Of a stretch of 64,000 bases of DNA, positions 36,767-49,110 are shown piece after piece. Under the pieces are notes generated by a model that saw only the letters and a program-made list of their open reading frames with translations, made no database searches and had not been told where the DNA came from. Numbering within the stretch: position 1 is the first letter of the stretch; every line of letters begins with the position of its first letter. The stretch is from Octopus sinensis. Lineage: Eukaryota. The translations under genes were made by a program, and so were the position numbers. The stretch lies in contig NC_042998.1 in the NCBI RefSeq assembly GCF_006345805.1, positions 153,140,001 through 153,204,000 on the forward strand, given 5' to 3'.

Positions 36767-37859
36767 CATACTCAACCATGTTCCAGTTCGAAAGGCAAGC
36801 GACTGCCTTTAACACAAGATGTTACAGATTCCTCTCATACTGTTAGTGTGAAAATATCACCACGAAAAGAACAGGATATCTATAACAAGAGAAAAATAAC
36901 CAAGCAGAATATATAATGAAGACGCAGCAAAAACCAAACGACAGACACAACTCATCGCCAAACATCGTCTCTATCTACTAAGGTTTAATTTGTACACAAG
37001 ACAACTACAGATTCAACTATAGCGGTTAGGTGAAAATATCACCACGGGAAAAACGGCTACAGTTAATATATCTGGAAGTATATTCATATCAAGAGAAAGA
37101 TAAACACAACAAGTGACTCAATTAATCTCAACTACGAGACGCAACATCTTGATATGGAACTCTTACACTCCGTGTACCTCATAAACGGTAAATCAATTAT
37201 CTGTCTTGGGTTCTAGTTCTTCTGAGAACTACCTTAAGCCATCTGCTACTAACCGTTGCTAGGCTGATACCAACAACATGAACTGTGAACCAAATTCCAT
37301 TGTTATTTCTCTGGTCAGTACCTTTTATGCCTCACAAACACACAGACACAAAAACATGCTAACACTTACAAACTTCCAACCAACATGATTGTAAAATATG
37401 TAAAATAAATAATGTATATATCTCAAAAAGAAATCTTGTTGTCATTCCACTTGTGTTCTATTGCCGCTGTATGTATTATATGGTCTGTAAAATAATCAGT
37501 AAGAATATGACCACGTGCGACTGTGTCCCTTACACGATACGACCGCATGTGATTCTATTTTTATAATACCAATACTAGTAAAGGTCATACTACATGCAAA
37601 AACATGTGTCAATATGCACCCCATATACATATCCATACATATACACATATATATATATATAAATATACATATATACACTTATATATATACACATACACAC
37701 ATACATACACACATATATCCTTACATACATACAGACCAGTACAAACATCACATTTACAAATGTGTACTGAAGTCCATATATAATATCTAATATACAAGAG
37801 AATAACATAAAATAATACATAAAACTATCATATACATGCACACAAATAAACATACATGA

Positions 37860-37903
<44 letters not shown>

Positions 37904-38429
37904 GCATCCACACATATACAAATCCATTAGTGACCACAATATGTTTAGTACATTGACTCATACTATGTGTATAACAATATACTAAAAACCAAAAGTAAAT
38001 ACATATCAATATACATAAATATTAAGATATATTTTCAAACAAGTACCAGTATATAAAAAAATACAAATACGTACACATTGTGTTTTTTTTGTGTGTATAT
38101 TTAGATTATGTTTATATGATTAATATATTCATATGCAAATATTTTGTTTGTGCATATGTATGTGTATGTGTGAATATTTATACTTCGTACCTTGTTTCAT
38201 GAATTTTTGTTACGTTGTTTAGTATTATCGTTAAAACAATAATACTGTTGGTACTGTTAAATATGGTAGTATATATACATTAGAATGCATTTATTTGACT
38301 ATACGACGCACAATATACCCAATGTAATGTATACCCAATGTTCAATGTCGTTCTTTATGTATTTTGTGCATGTGAATAGTATGTACGATTTGCCTATGTA
38401 TGTATATTTGTATATTTTTTATATGTATA

Positions 38430-40006
38430 CTAGCAGTATCGCCCGGCGTTGCTCGGGTTTGTTTCGACCCGCTGGAATTGTAATTTTGAAAAGTAAAAAT
38501 TTTGTGAACATTTTTCTGGTCGAAATACACCGAAAAGTGGCGACACAGCAGTGAAAAAATCGTAAAAAATAGGGATTTTCATAGAAAAAAGCATCTTTTT
38601 GATGTAAATAATTTTTGGTGTTAACATGGTCCGATTTGAATTTTATGTTCTACGGAAGGAAGAGCAACCCTTCTACCATACTCTCAATTTTGGTCGACTT
38701 GCGTCGCAGGGTCTCGGAGGAGATAGTATTAGTTGAAGGTTACCATTCTAGGTGCCTGAGATAAATGCGGATTTACAGATAAATGAATTAATTACTATTT
38801 TACAGAATAAAATTAAATAATTCTTGAAAATTAATTAATATTAATATTTTTTGAACAAAGTAAATAATTTTTAAAACTTAAATAATATTTTTTTTACGCG
38901 AACGGGGAAAAGGGGTGTGCGAATTCGATTTACATACCTAAATTTTTTCTTTTTTATGACATTGTAGCAAAATAGTAGTGATTATATAAATACCAGCAGT
39001 ACATTTTTTTTCTGGGGTATTTTTTTTCAACCTCGTCACATATTTGCCCCTTTCAATTTAAACAAAGTCTTAATTAAGCAATTACGGCAGCTTAGCAATG
39101 GTTTCAATACAGGCGTGACATGTGTATCTCAATTGTTCAAAACCCTTTACGCGCGCTTAGAAGTACGCTCGCAAATTAATACTACCAAAATTTTGAAGTT
39201 CGCGCTCCACTTGTGTGTGTGTGTGTGCGTGCTTTAGGTGTACGTAGGTATGTGTTTTTGTGTGTGTGTGTGTCACTGAAGCCATACATACATATATACA
39301 TACATAACCTCTCTCTCTCTTAGTCACTCACTACAAAAAGTGAATAAAAAAGTTCAGTTATTTCTGTCTTTCACTCTGTCTGTCTCTTTACACACACTAA
39401 CAAAAGCACTTCACTTACACACCACACTTTCTGTGTCGCACAACCCATCAAACACACACACACACTCACGCACGCACATATGTACATCAATGCTTTCGGA
39501 GTGAAATGTTAAAATATTGAGTTTTCTCGAATTTTGTCTTAATGGGGGTGAAATGAAAGAAATATATTATGGCATGACCGAATGGAGTACTTTGAAAAAT
39601 CTTAGGTAAACTCTAATTGAAGAAATTGTGTGAGGAGTAAATGGTTATGTATTTATTTGTTTCTGTTTGCTGTGTTTTTTATTTTTTGAGTAGTGGTTTA
39701 AATACTTTCAGTTTAGTCTTCCTCAAATCACTCTGTCGCTATTTACTTTCATTTTATTCGTTGCACACTGTTGTGTGCGTTGGTGTAAACCACATTAAGA
39801 AAAGCATTTGACATACACACCAGAATGTGAGTTTTCTGTAAATTTTGCTTAATTGGAGTTTTTAATTTAAAAAACTGGACCTGGCATGACCCGATGCATT
39901 CTACTCTTAAAAATGCTAGGTAAATTGTAATTGAAGAAATCCTATATTGTAGATTTCTATAAGTTACAAAGGGAGGCAGATAAAATCTGCCTTTTATAAT
40001 AAGAGA
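38430..40006 (-). mobile_element. Non-autonomous Helitron (~1.58 kb)
   Basis: On the minus strand: 5' TC end, 3' CTAG end, a GC hairpin cccgagcaacgccggg ~8 nt before CTAG, insertion between A and T with no TSD. No coding capacity. Confidence 0.85.
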
Positions 40007-40135
40007 TATGTGTTTATGTATATATATGTATGTATTTTGGATATTTGTCTTATTTATTTATTTGTTTATATTGGATAATAAGTGAAGCATGTTTTGTATA
40101 TCAATATTATTATTATACTTTTCAAGTTAATTATA

Positions 40136-40267
40136 TCCTCTGACGAGGCCTTTGGTTATTTATACAAAAAAGTATAATTTTTAATGCCTAAAACCATAAT
40201 ACACTGACATCTATAGGCAATATAAGTTGAATTGACTCTTGACCATAGGCTGAAACAGCTGTAAGGA
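40136..40267 (+). ncRNA. Type I hammerhead ribozyme with greatly extended stem II
   Basis: UCCU CUGACGA GGCCUUUGGUUA...UGACCAUAGGCU GAAA CAGCUGU A AGGA. The core is intact, stem I is 4 bp, stem II is ~12 bp around an ~80-nt insert, and stem III is the palindrome ACAGCUGU. Predicted cleavage is after 40263. Confidence 0.75.
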
Positions 40268-40830
40268 GCAGTTTATTTGTATTATTTTTTTTATTATTAT
40301 TATTACATATTGATGTATATTGTTTTGTTTGATTTTGATGTTCCTATTTGTATAATTAATAAATAATGTGAAATTGAAATATCCGTAAGTTGATGAACAA
40401 AATGAATTTGTTTCTCCATTTTCTTATTTGTATTATGAATTTATGGTAAAAATATTTCTTACCTTCACCTATTTAATACAATAAATGAATTAATTGCATT
40501 ACAATTAACAGCATTTATGTATTTAGTATTTGGGTACTTTACCAGCAGTATATTGGATAACTGATATCCATAGTGGGTTACATTCATAACCCCTATCTTA
40601 CTTTATATATATATACACACACATATATATATATCAAACTATATACATTACTTTCTAAGAATGTTTGTTTGAAATGTATATATATGTGTCCATATAGTTA
40701 TATGCAAGTATATTCTATTTTACTCATGTCTGTATATTATATAATATTATATTTAATATTATTTATCTTTATTATATGAATTATTATTTCTGTTTTACTT
40801 TTTATAAATTGTAAATGTATGTTTTTGAAG

Positions 40831-40889
<59 letters not shown>

Positions 40890-41984
40890 TATATATATCA
40901 AAATATAATTTTATCTCTCATGTATTTCGTTAAGATAATACTCATTTCTTGGTCTGTTTAATTTCATTGTTATTACCATTATTTTCGTCCCTCTTACTAT
41001 GCCCCCAAACTAAACTTTCTTGTTCATGGTGCAACCACTCTTTCCCACCCTCACCACCAATACCGGATATTTCTGTCTTCCTACCATCTACACCGGATAT
41101 CTCTCCTTCCACCACCATTACCTGATGTCCATTCTCCCAACCCCTCATCCTCACTGGGCTGTTCTCTATATATTATCTGCACTCTTTCTCTCCTGGGACA
41201 AATGCAACTAGTCCATCCACCCACCTACTTAACCTGCTATCTTCCATTTTGTTCTATCTAGAAATTTGTCACCACCATTACCAGATGTCTCTCCTCTCAA
41301 TTCCCCCTCCTCACTGGTGCTGTTCCCTATATTACCTGCACTCTCTCTTTCTCTATCTCTCTCCTTCTCTTTCCCTATCTCTCTCCCTCTCTTTCTCTAT
41401 CTCTTTACTGGTACTAATGCAACCAGGTTATCTGTCCAACTACTTAACCAGCTATCTTTCGTTTCATTTTCGTTCCATCTAGAAACATGCCAACAACTAC
41501 CCAGGAATTTTCCTTGGCCTTATCAAGTGAAGGAGAAAGCTATTCGGCTGTCCATGTGTGCTTTTCCTGTGTGTGGGTGCGCTTGTATGTATGTAGGGAT
41601 GAGCTTGTTTCCTCTCTCTCTGTCTGATCCCTCCCTTACTGGTGGTACCCTCCATCATACCTGCAATCTCCCTCTTCCTGGACAAATGCAACCCGTTTTA
41701 GCTGACTCCCTACCTAATCTAACATTGGAATATCCATATTCTGTTACACCGCTTAAATTTACATTCTTCGATGACCATAATGCTTATGTTTACAATGCTG
41801 CTAACACCTGCTCCTACCTCCAGTAGGGGCAATAATCTTAACACTCTTGAATGTTTGAATGTTGTCAGGTTGGAGGTGAGAACAGGTGAAGCATACCTAA
41901 AAAATGAACACGACACCTCCCTCTTCTGTTCAGGTGCTGAGTAACATTTCTCCTCCCCAAGCTTTACCCCATGCTCCCTTCCTG

Positions 41985-42442
41985 TTTTCAGAGTTAGCAC
42001 TGTCAATATTGGCACACTGAAAGGTAGGTCTAGTGAGATTGTAGAGATGCTTGAAAGGAGACAGGTTGATGTATGCTGCATACAAGAGGTAAGATGGAGA
42101 ACAGCTTCAGCTTGGGTCCTCACATGCAATCATATAGGTATAAAGTCTTCTGGCAAGGTAACATGGATGGAGTAGGAGGGTGTAAGCATACACCTTGTGG
42201 AGAAATGGGTGGATAAGGTCATAGAGGTTGTCAGGGTATGCGATAGAGTGCTTAAGCTCAGGTTAGTCCTGCAGAACAGCACAGCTACAATTATCTCTGC
42301 CTATGCCCCACAAGCGGGGCTACCAAATGCAGAAGGACCATTTTTATGATACTCTTCTACAGGCTACCTCAAAGACGAGTGGCAATGACTTCATCTTTGT
42401 GGCTAGAGATTTTAATAGGCATGTTGGGCAGAAATCCGGTAT
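41985..42442 (+). mobile_element. RTE LINE endonuclease fragment, truncated by the gap
   Basis: VSTVNIGTLKGRSSEIVEMLERRQVDVCCIQEVRW...SAYAP. Confidence 0.85.
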
Positions 42443-42542
42443 NNNNNNNNNNNNNNNNNNNNNNNNNNNNNNNNNNNNNNNNNNNNNNNNNNNNNNNNNN
42501 NNNNNNNNNNNNNNNNNNNNNNNNNNNNNNNNNNNNNNNNNN
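42443..42542. other. Assembly gap (100 N)
   Basis: Run of exactly 100 n, probably a fixed-size scaffold gap. Confidence 0.99.
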
Positions 42543-42899
42543 TTTCTCTTCAATCTGTCTGACATGCTCTCTTTGAATTTCATTCTTATCCTTTTCTCCT
42601 ATTACACTCTTAATCACCTGTTCTTTTACCCGCTGTCTTTAGTGGTTTTTCTTTGCTGTTCTGTAAATATTCTGATAGGCTTTGTTGTTGTTGTTGTTGT
42701 TGGAACTCCTGGAGTCTTGCATGCTAACACACTTGTTAATAGCAGCCTACCATGCTATCTGTTCTTTTCAATTATCTAATAATAACTATTAATTATGATT
42801 ATTTATTTTTTTTACTTCTCTTGATTTATTTCTGTCATGTCTCAGCTCCATCCTACAGCTTAGAGAGGCAGCAATTTTCTCAACATATGAGTTATTCCA

Positions 42900-44180
42900 A
42901 GTATTGCTGCCAAGTGAATACTTCCTATGAAGATATGTATTTGTAGCTTTTGATGCCAGAATATTGCTCTCTTTGAGATGGTCTCAAGCACACTGATTAC
43001 AATAGGTACCACACTCACTTTAGAAGCTCTATGAATTGTTTCACTTCCAATCCCAGATTTTGGTACTTCCTGACTTTCTCATCATCTTTCTTCTTCACAA
43101 TATTCTGGTCTGCAAGTATAGCTACATTAAAGAAGTTTCACCTGATCATTTTCTGCTTCTAGCAAAGACTGGTGCTCATACCACTTGATGAAACATTCTA
43201 GCTGATACTTTTTTCACAATTTCCAGTGTATTTTCACTGCCACTTTGTTATGGCATTTTTTGTACTCCTTTTGTTTGTTCCAGTTTTGAGCATCCACTAA
43301 TTATATGTCTGTCTCAAAGGTGACACTGCTGTCTTATCAATGCTGCACTTGACTGAGTTGGTTCATAAAGTTGGTTCTTGGGTGCAAGAATCAGTCCTTC
43401 TATCTCTTTTGAAAAAAAGCCATGTCTTAATCATTTTTGGGATTATTCATCAGCTTCATTTGATATGTTTTGGAAAACTCTCTGTGTAGGAGTTTCTCTT
43501 TCCAATTAATAATCTTGTTTCTATTAGTCCTCATTTTGTACTCCTTTAGGGTCTCATCATTGTCACATATCACCTCACTCAGTGCAGCCTGCAACATTCT
43601 TTCAGATAGGTGTGCAAGGACTTGATCTCCTTCACAACACTATCCTCTATTTCAACCAGTCCTTTTCCACCTTCCTTCTTAGGTAAGTAAGCCTTGGTAC
43701 ATTACTTCTAGTATGCATAGCCATTACCTTCTTAGTTTTCTATCCATGTTGACAAGTTCTTCCTTTGTCCATTCCACAACTCCTATGTAGTGACATATTA
43801 TCCTACAGTCCACACATTGACACCTCTAATCAGGTTTCCTCCATTTAGATTAGATCTACATAGTTTTACTCTTCTAGTCTGTTCAGAAGAAATTTCTTCC
43901 TTCATCTTAATGTTCATCATCTGGCCTAATTGTAAAATACCAAGATACCTGTAACCTTCTCCATCCACTTCTCTTTATCCACTCATCATCTGGAAGCTGT
44001 ATTCCACTGCTGTCTACTTTTTACCCTTTCACCAATTCAATAACTGCAATTTTCTTATATAAAATGCCATCTGGATGTCTTGACAGAAAATTTGTACAGT
44101 CTGAATGACACGGAGTCTCCTTGAAAGATTCACCTCTAGATGCTGACTTGTCCAATTTCACTTCCACCTGCAGTCAGAAC
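42900..44180 (-). mobile_element. Degenerate R4/Dong-clade LINE 3' fragment
   Basis: Minus-strand remnants of IFQGDS, H.RS.V.RL.YL.RK.GG.GL, the RLE region and VVPIVI. Confidence 0.6.
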
Positions 44181-44761
44181 AGTCTTCCAGTTTCTCATAC
44201 TGTTTTTGAATAAATAAATCATATTAAATCATATTGTTAACTGTTATATAAAGCTATTATTTTGAAGTTGTGTTTCAGTTATGTTTTATGAACTATCATC
44301 TAAACCAGGGCTAAATGAAAATAGTTGTTTCCTCTTCCTCATCAACATTTGTAAGTTCTATGTTAGTTTTATTGTAGATTTTTTCTCTCATTAATTTCTA
44401 TTTTTGATTGTTTTCTCTCTTTCTCTTCAATTTTGGAAACATGTGCATTTCTATTGTGTTCTCTCTCTCTCTCTCTCATCATCATTATTATTTGCATTAT
44501 TTTTGTTGTTGTAACTGCACTTATTACTATTAGTAATATATTATGGTCATTTTTAAATCTCCTTCTACTGCTCTATTTTGTAGTTGAATTATCCTGATTT
44601 TTGTAGATTTTTGTAGATATTTTTGTAGATATTTGAAAACCACTTCATCTAAGTGCCTCATTATAATAATCAGCATCATTATGGAATACCTGCTTATTTG
44701 CAGAAAGTGTAGAAATCCTAGTTGAAATATTCTGTGGATATAGTACATTTTTGATTCAGCT

Positions 44762-45165
44762 TACGGTAAGATAGTGGCTGTGTGGTAAGTAGCTTGCTAA
44801 CCAACCACATGGTTCCGGGTTCAGTCCCACTGCGTGGCATCTTGGGCAAGTGTCTTCTGCTATAGCCCCGGGCCGACCAATGCCTTGTGAGTGGATTTGG
44901 TAGACGGAAACTGAAAGAAGCCTGTCGTATATATGTATATATATATGTATGTGTGTGTGTTTGTTCCCCTAGCATTGCTTGACAACCGATGCTGGTGTGT
45001 TTACGTCCCCATCACTTAGCGGTTCGGCAAAGAGAGACCGATAGAATAAGTACTGGGCTTACAAAAAGAATAAGTCCTGGGGTCGAGTTGCTCAACTAAA
45101 GGCGGTGCTCCAGCATGGCCGCAGTCAAATGACTGAAACAAGTAAAAGAGTAAAAAGAGTATAGT
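44762..45165 (+). mobile_element. Full-length tRNA-derived octopod SINE
   Basis: tRNA-like head (tggctgtgtggtaag...ggttcagtccc), central microsatellite and (gtaaaaga)n tail. Confidence 0.92.
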
Positions 45166-45289
45166 AAAGCCTGATGTGATGATCCAATAAGATATCCAGG
45201 AAATTAACCTTTTTAATGTTTCTTTCGAATATTGTCATCTATGCATTGGGTAACAGATTAGATACATGGCTGGAGTAATATCCCAGCCA

Positions 45290-46260
45290 AACCAAAGGTG
45301 TTGTAGTGGTGGAATAACACACTGATCTGGCAGTAAAGGGTAAGTGACAGGCTTGGAAAACCTGAAGAGAAGTTGGTAATAGAGAGCACTACTAAATGGT
45401 TATATGGAAGATAAGACATGACCTGGAGGTTTTGCTATGTGACAAGGCTGTTGAACATACAGAATGTTTAGTACAGAGAGGAGCTACCTCATGCAAACCC
45501 AACAAGGAGCCAACAATTCAAGTTAATCACAGAGTGATGGATAATGTTATTGAGGATATGAAGAAAGTGAAAACTTTAGGTTCATCAGGGGTAATTTTAA
45601 AGATGTTCAAAATATCTGATTAGGTAAGATGCATAATTACTGCCTGGATAGTTAATCAGGAAAGTATTACACCCAGTAATTTCTGAAGCAGTATCATTGT
45701 AAACTGCTACAAAGGAGTTGCCTATGAGAGAGGAAATTATAGAGGAATCACACTACTAGATTAGGTTATGAAGATAATAGAGAGAGTGGTAGCACAATTA
45801 AGTTGTGACAGTCAACCTAGTTGAGATGCAGTTTGACTTTGCCCCATAAGAAACATCATGGATACAATCTTGCTTGTGAGACAAATGAAGGAGAAATACC
45901 TGGCTAAAAATAAACTTAAAATTGAACTGGAGAAAGCATTTGACATGCTCAGTTCCATGCTCAGTATTTGGCAGTCTTTCAAGAAACTAGGTGTACACAA
46001 ATGGCTTGTGTGTGAGGCTGTACAAAATATGCGCAAAGATGCAGTAAGTGAGAGTCAATAATGATTTCAGTGATGAATTTACTGTGAAGGTAGGAATCCA
46101 TCAAGTCTAAATCTTCAGTTCTCTTCTGTTCATCATTGTACTAAAGGCCATTACAACTGAGTTTATGACTGACTGACCATGGGAGCAACTGTATGTTGAT
46201 ATAATTCTCATAGTTGAACCTATAGTGAAATTAGATAAGAAATTTGAGGCATGGGCTGCA
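45290..46260 (+). mobile_element. Old degenerate RTE RT fragment
   Basis: NYRGITLLD.VMK, QF.F.P..., EKYLAK, KAFD and WEQLYVD remnants. Confidence 0.75.
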
Positions 46261-46633
46261 TATTTCACCAGTTTTTCACTGATTCCACTTATCTTTTTCA
46301 CTACCCAGAACCACTTCTTTTCCTATCCATCCTTCTCTTTAAGACTGTTCCTCTTAACCCACACTTTATATTGATAAATCTTCCGTGCCACTAAATCATC
46401 TCACCTTCCCCATCACCATGCATCTCTTGCTCTCCTCATGCACTATGTCTGCTTTTCTCCTTATTATACCTCTTTCCTTCAACATTTCTCCTGTCTACTG
46501 TATTATTATTTACTATTCTTCTGCTTTTCAGAAAAAGAATACGTGCAAGATAAAATTTTAGAGAAGGTGTGTAAATAATTTCTTTATTTAGTGTCTGATC
46601 AATCTTTGTTTGCTTTCAATCTTACTACAAAAG

Positions 46634-46791
46634 GTTTATTTCAACTACCTACAAAATTGGATGAATAATCTGCAAAATTTACCTGATGCATCTCAGAGTT
46701 TGAAGAATACTTTAGAAGAAGAATGGGCATTTACAAAGTCAATCTGCCCTTTCGTCATTGGTGGAGAAGCAGAAGCAGGAAAACGTTTCAG
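46634..46791 (+). CDS. MAP3K4: MAP3K4 coding exon (phase 0/2)
   Basis: ...caaaag acceptor and AG|gtaaaa donor. Encodes VYFNYLQNWMNNLQNLPDASQSLKNTLEEEWAFTKSICPFVIGGEAEAGKRF, corresponding to MEKK4 VYFDYMRSWIQMLQQLPQASHSLKNLLEEEWNFTK...GGEAQAGKLF. Confidence 0.96.
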
Positions 46792-46824
46792 GTAAAAACA
46801 ACTGTATTGAATTCTTTTGTTTAA

Positions 46825-47900
46825 CCCTTTAGTGTTCATACTGGCTGAAGATAATTTCCCTTTATTAGTTTGAACCAGGCAGAAAATAAGCAAATCACAT
46901 TATTGAATTCTCGTAACTTTGAGATAATGCGAGATAAAGCCTTTCCTGCCTTTATTCAAGTAAAAATACAGTGAAATTTTTTAGACTTCTTTGTTTTTTT
47001 CAATGGTTGAAGGGAAATATATATCTTAGATTTTAATGATATGGTGTCAGGAAGTAGCGATTACAACTTCAAAGGTTTTACTTTTGATGTACAAAATATA
47101 AATGAAAACAACAGTGATTTGTCTTCAGATGAATCTGATATTGATATTTATGAATCTTCATTGGATGAGGAAGATTTGATAATGAAAGTGATAAAAATGA
47201 AAGTGATGAAAATGACATTGCAAACATTATGGCAACATGGTTGAAGATTACTACATCAACCACAATTCCTGATTTCACAGAAAAGACTACTTTCTGATGC
47301 TCTGCCATTGGACTATTTATTTTTATTTTTACTGAAAAGTGTTTTTGAAACTGTTGCGGGAGAAACAAATATGCTCAACACATAATTTCTATTCATGGAA
47401 GGCCCGATCCACTATGGCAGCCAACTGATACTGCAGAAATGTGAGTTTTTTCACTGTAAACATTATGTTTGGTATCAAGCAGCTTCCTCAACTGTGGAAC
47501 TACTGGAGTTTTGATATAAGGTATAGTGATCCATATATCTCCAGCATTATGTCTAACTATAGTGGCTTCATATATTGTTTATGTAAAAAAACTACAAGGT
47601 ACCTCCACCACCAAAGGACTATGAACATTTAAAATTTCAGGTTGACATTGCATCTCAGTTACATGAGCGCTTTTCTTCTGAAAGCACAAAACTGGGAGAA
47701 AAGCAAAATTAACTGCAGTGGATGTCAACAGAGAAAATATTAACTTCAATAAAGTGGAAAAAATAAATGGAAGGAAAAAGTTTGCAGGCTGTGTTCACTG
47801 CAAAAAAGAAAAACTGCGAAAGGATATCAGGTTGAGACCTCATATATGTGTTTGTTTTGCAAAGTACCCTTGTGTAAATGGTGGTTTGGATAATTTCACA
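46825..47900 (+). mobile_element. Internally deleted piggyBac-like transposon
   Basis: TTAA|CCCTTT start, acidic N-terminus, W.PTD.AEM..F..NIMFGIKQLP...YWS..D.YIS.IM and a C-terminal CxxC region. The right TIR was not identified. Confidence 0.7.
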
Positions 47901-47919
47901 ATAGAAATATAGCATAACT

Positions 47920-48271
47920 GGTGATCTCATCCTTGCTCACAACATCATAAGCGGAAAGTGTAACCTCTCGAAAGAGCTGTTCTTCACTCCTGCTCCAGAG
48001 CGTCGGCTGCGGAGTCATTCCGAAAAGCTCTATCTGCGACGATTTCATCTCAATCGAAGGAGAAGGGCTTTCTCCGTCCGGGTTGCAGATCCGTGGAATA
48101 AGCTGCCGGACGAGATGGTGAAGATGCCGACGACCGCTCAGTTCAAAGTCTCCCTTGACCACAAGTGGCCTGAACTCTTTACCTGAACACCACCCTGTAC
48201 ATAACTCCATGTCCCCCTACATGGCCTTGCTTTTTGCTTTTTGAGCCAAAGAATTAACTAACTAACTAACT
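47920..48271 (+). mobile_element. Short 5'-truncated CR1 copy with (CTAA)n tail
   Basis: Highly similar to the 3' end of 34240-35125 in the opposite orientation. Confidence 0.92.
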
Positions 48272-49110
48272 ATATTTTGTTGTTTGATAGTAATACTATC
48301 ATATATTCCTTTCATTTTATTACAAATAATATGTGAAAGTGAGAAATACATATTATTTTTCAGTATGTTACACACCTGTATTCACCTTCGTCTCACCTGT
48401 TAATGAGTTTCTTTTTATCAGATGCATTCTGTTATGTAAATGTATTCATTAAATTGTATAAGAGTACATAGCCAATGGTATATTGTCTGGTAAAAGAGTT
48501 TCGTACTTTATTTACAATGAAAATGTTTGAATGAAATATAGAGAAAGAATAAAATCTTGTACCGGTCATACCTGTATTTTAATTAATTCAAATAAATGTA
48601 CCTCATCTTGAAAAGGGGCAAAATTGTTGGCAGTTGACATCTGGGATAATTTTAATAAAAAATCAAACAGGTAAGATGCATTAAGAATTTCAGTTTTAGT
48701 GTTCATCCATAATGTCATTGCTTTTACACCTGTTAATTAAATTTACTTGCCCATAAAAGTAAAATTTAATCAGAAAGATCAACTAAAATTACATAACTAT
48801 AAACCACTGGTATATAAGCACCCACTGACAAAATTTCAAATCAGTATGTAAAAAATTAACAAAGTTACAAGCAAATATTGTGGACACTCTCTTGAACCTG
48901 AATAATTCAAAATAATGTGAACAAATAAACATTACATTTGACAGATTAATCTGAACACACAAAAGAGTTAAACAGGTGAGAAATAGGCTGATTATATCTT
49001 TAAAATAGTAAAATCAGTTTGGAAGGTGTTTTGTGCAAGTATAAATCTTTTTATGAACAGCATATAAAATATGAAACAGAAATAAAACATATAACTTAGC
49101 TCTATTAAAA

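Larger units (their letters stand above)
38097..40433 (+). repeat. Right arm of long inverted repeat (interrupted by a Helitron)
   Basis: Reverse-complement match to 32671-33671 on both sides of the Helitron. Confidence 0.88.

Noticed and set aside
1974-38009. Numerous short YI/CV/TH-rich ORFs in the ORF track
   Set aside because: They are translations of (TA)n, (CA)n and (TAA)n microsatellites or antisense frames of transposons.
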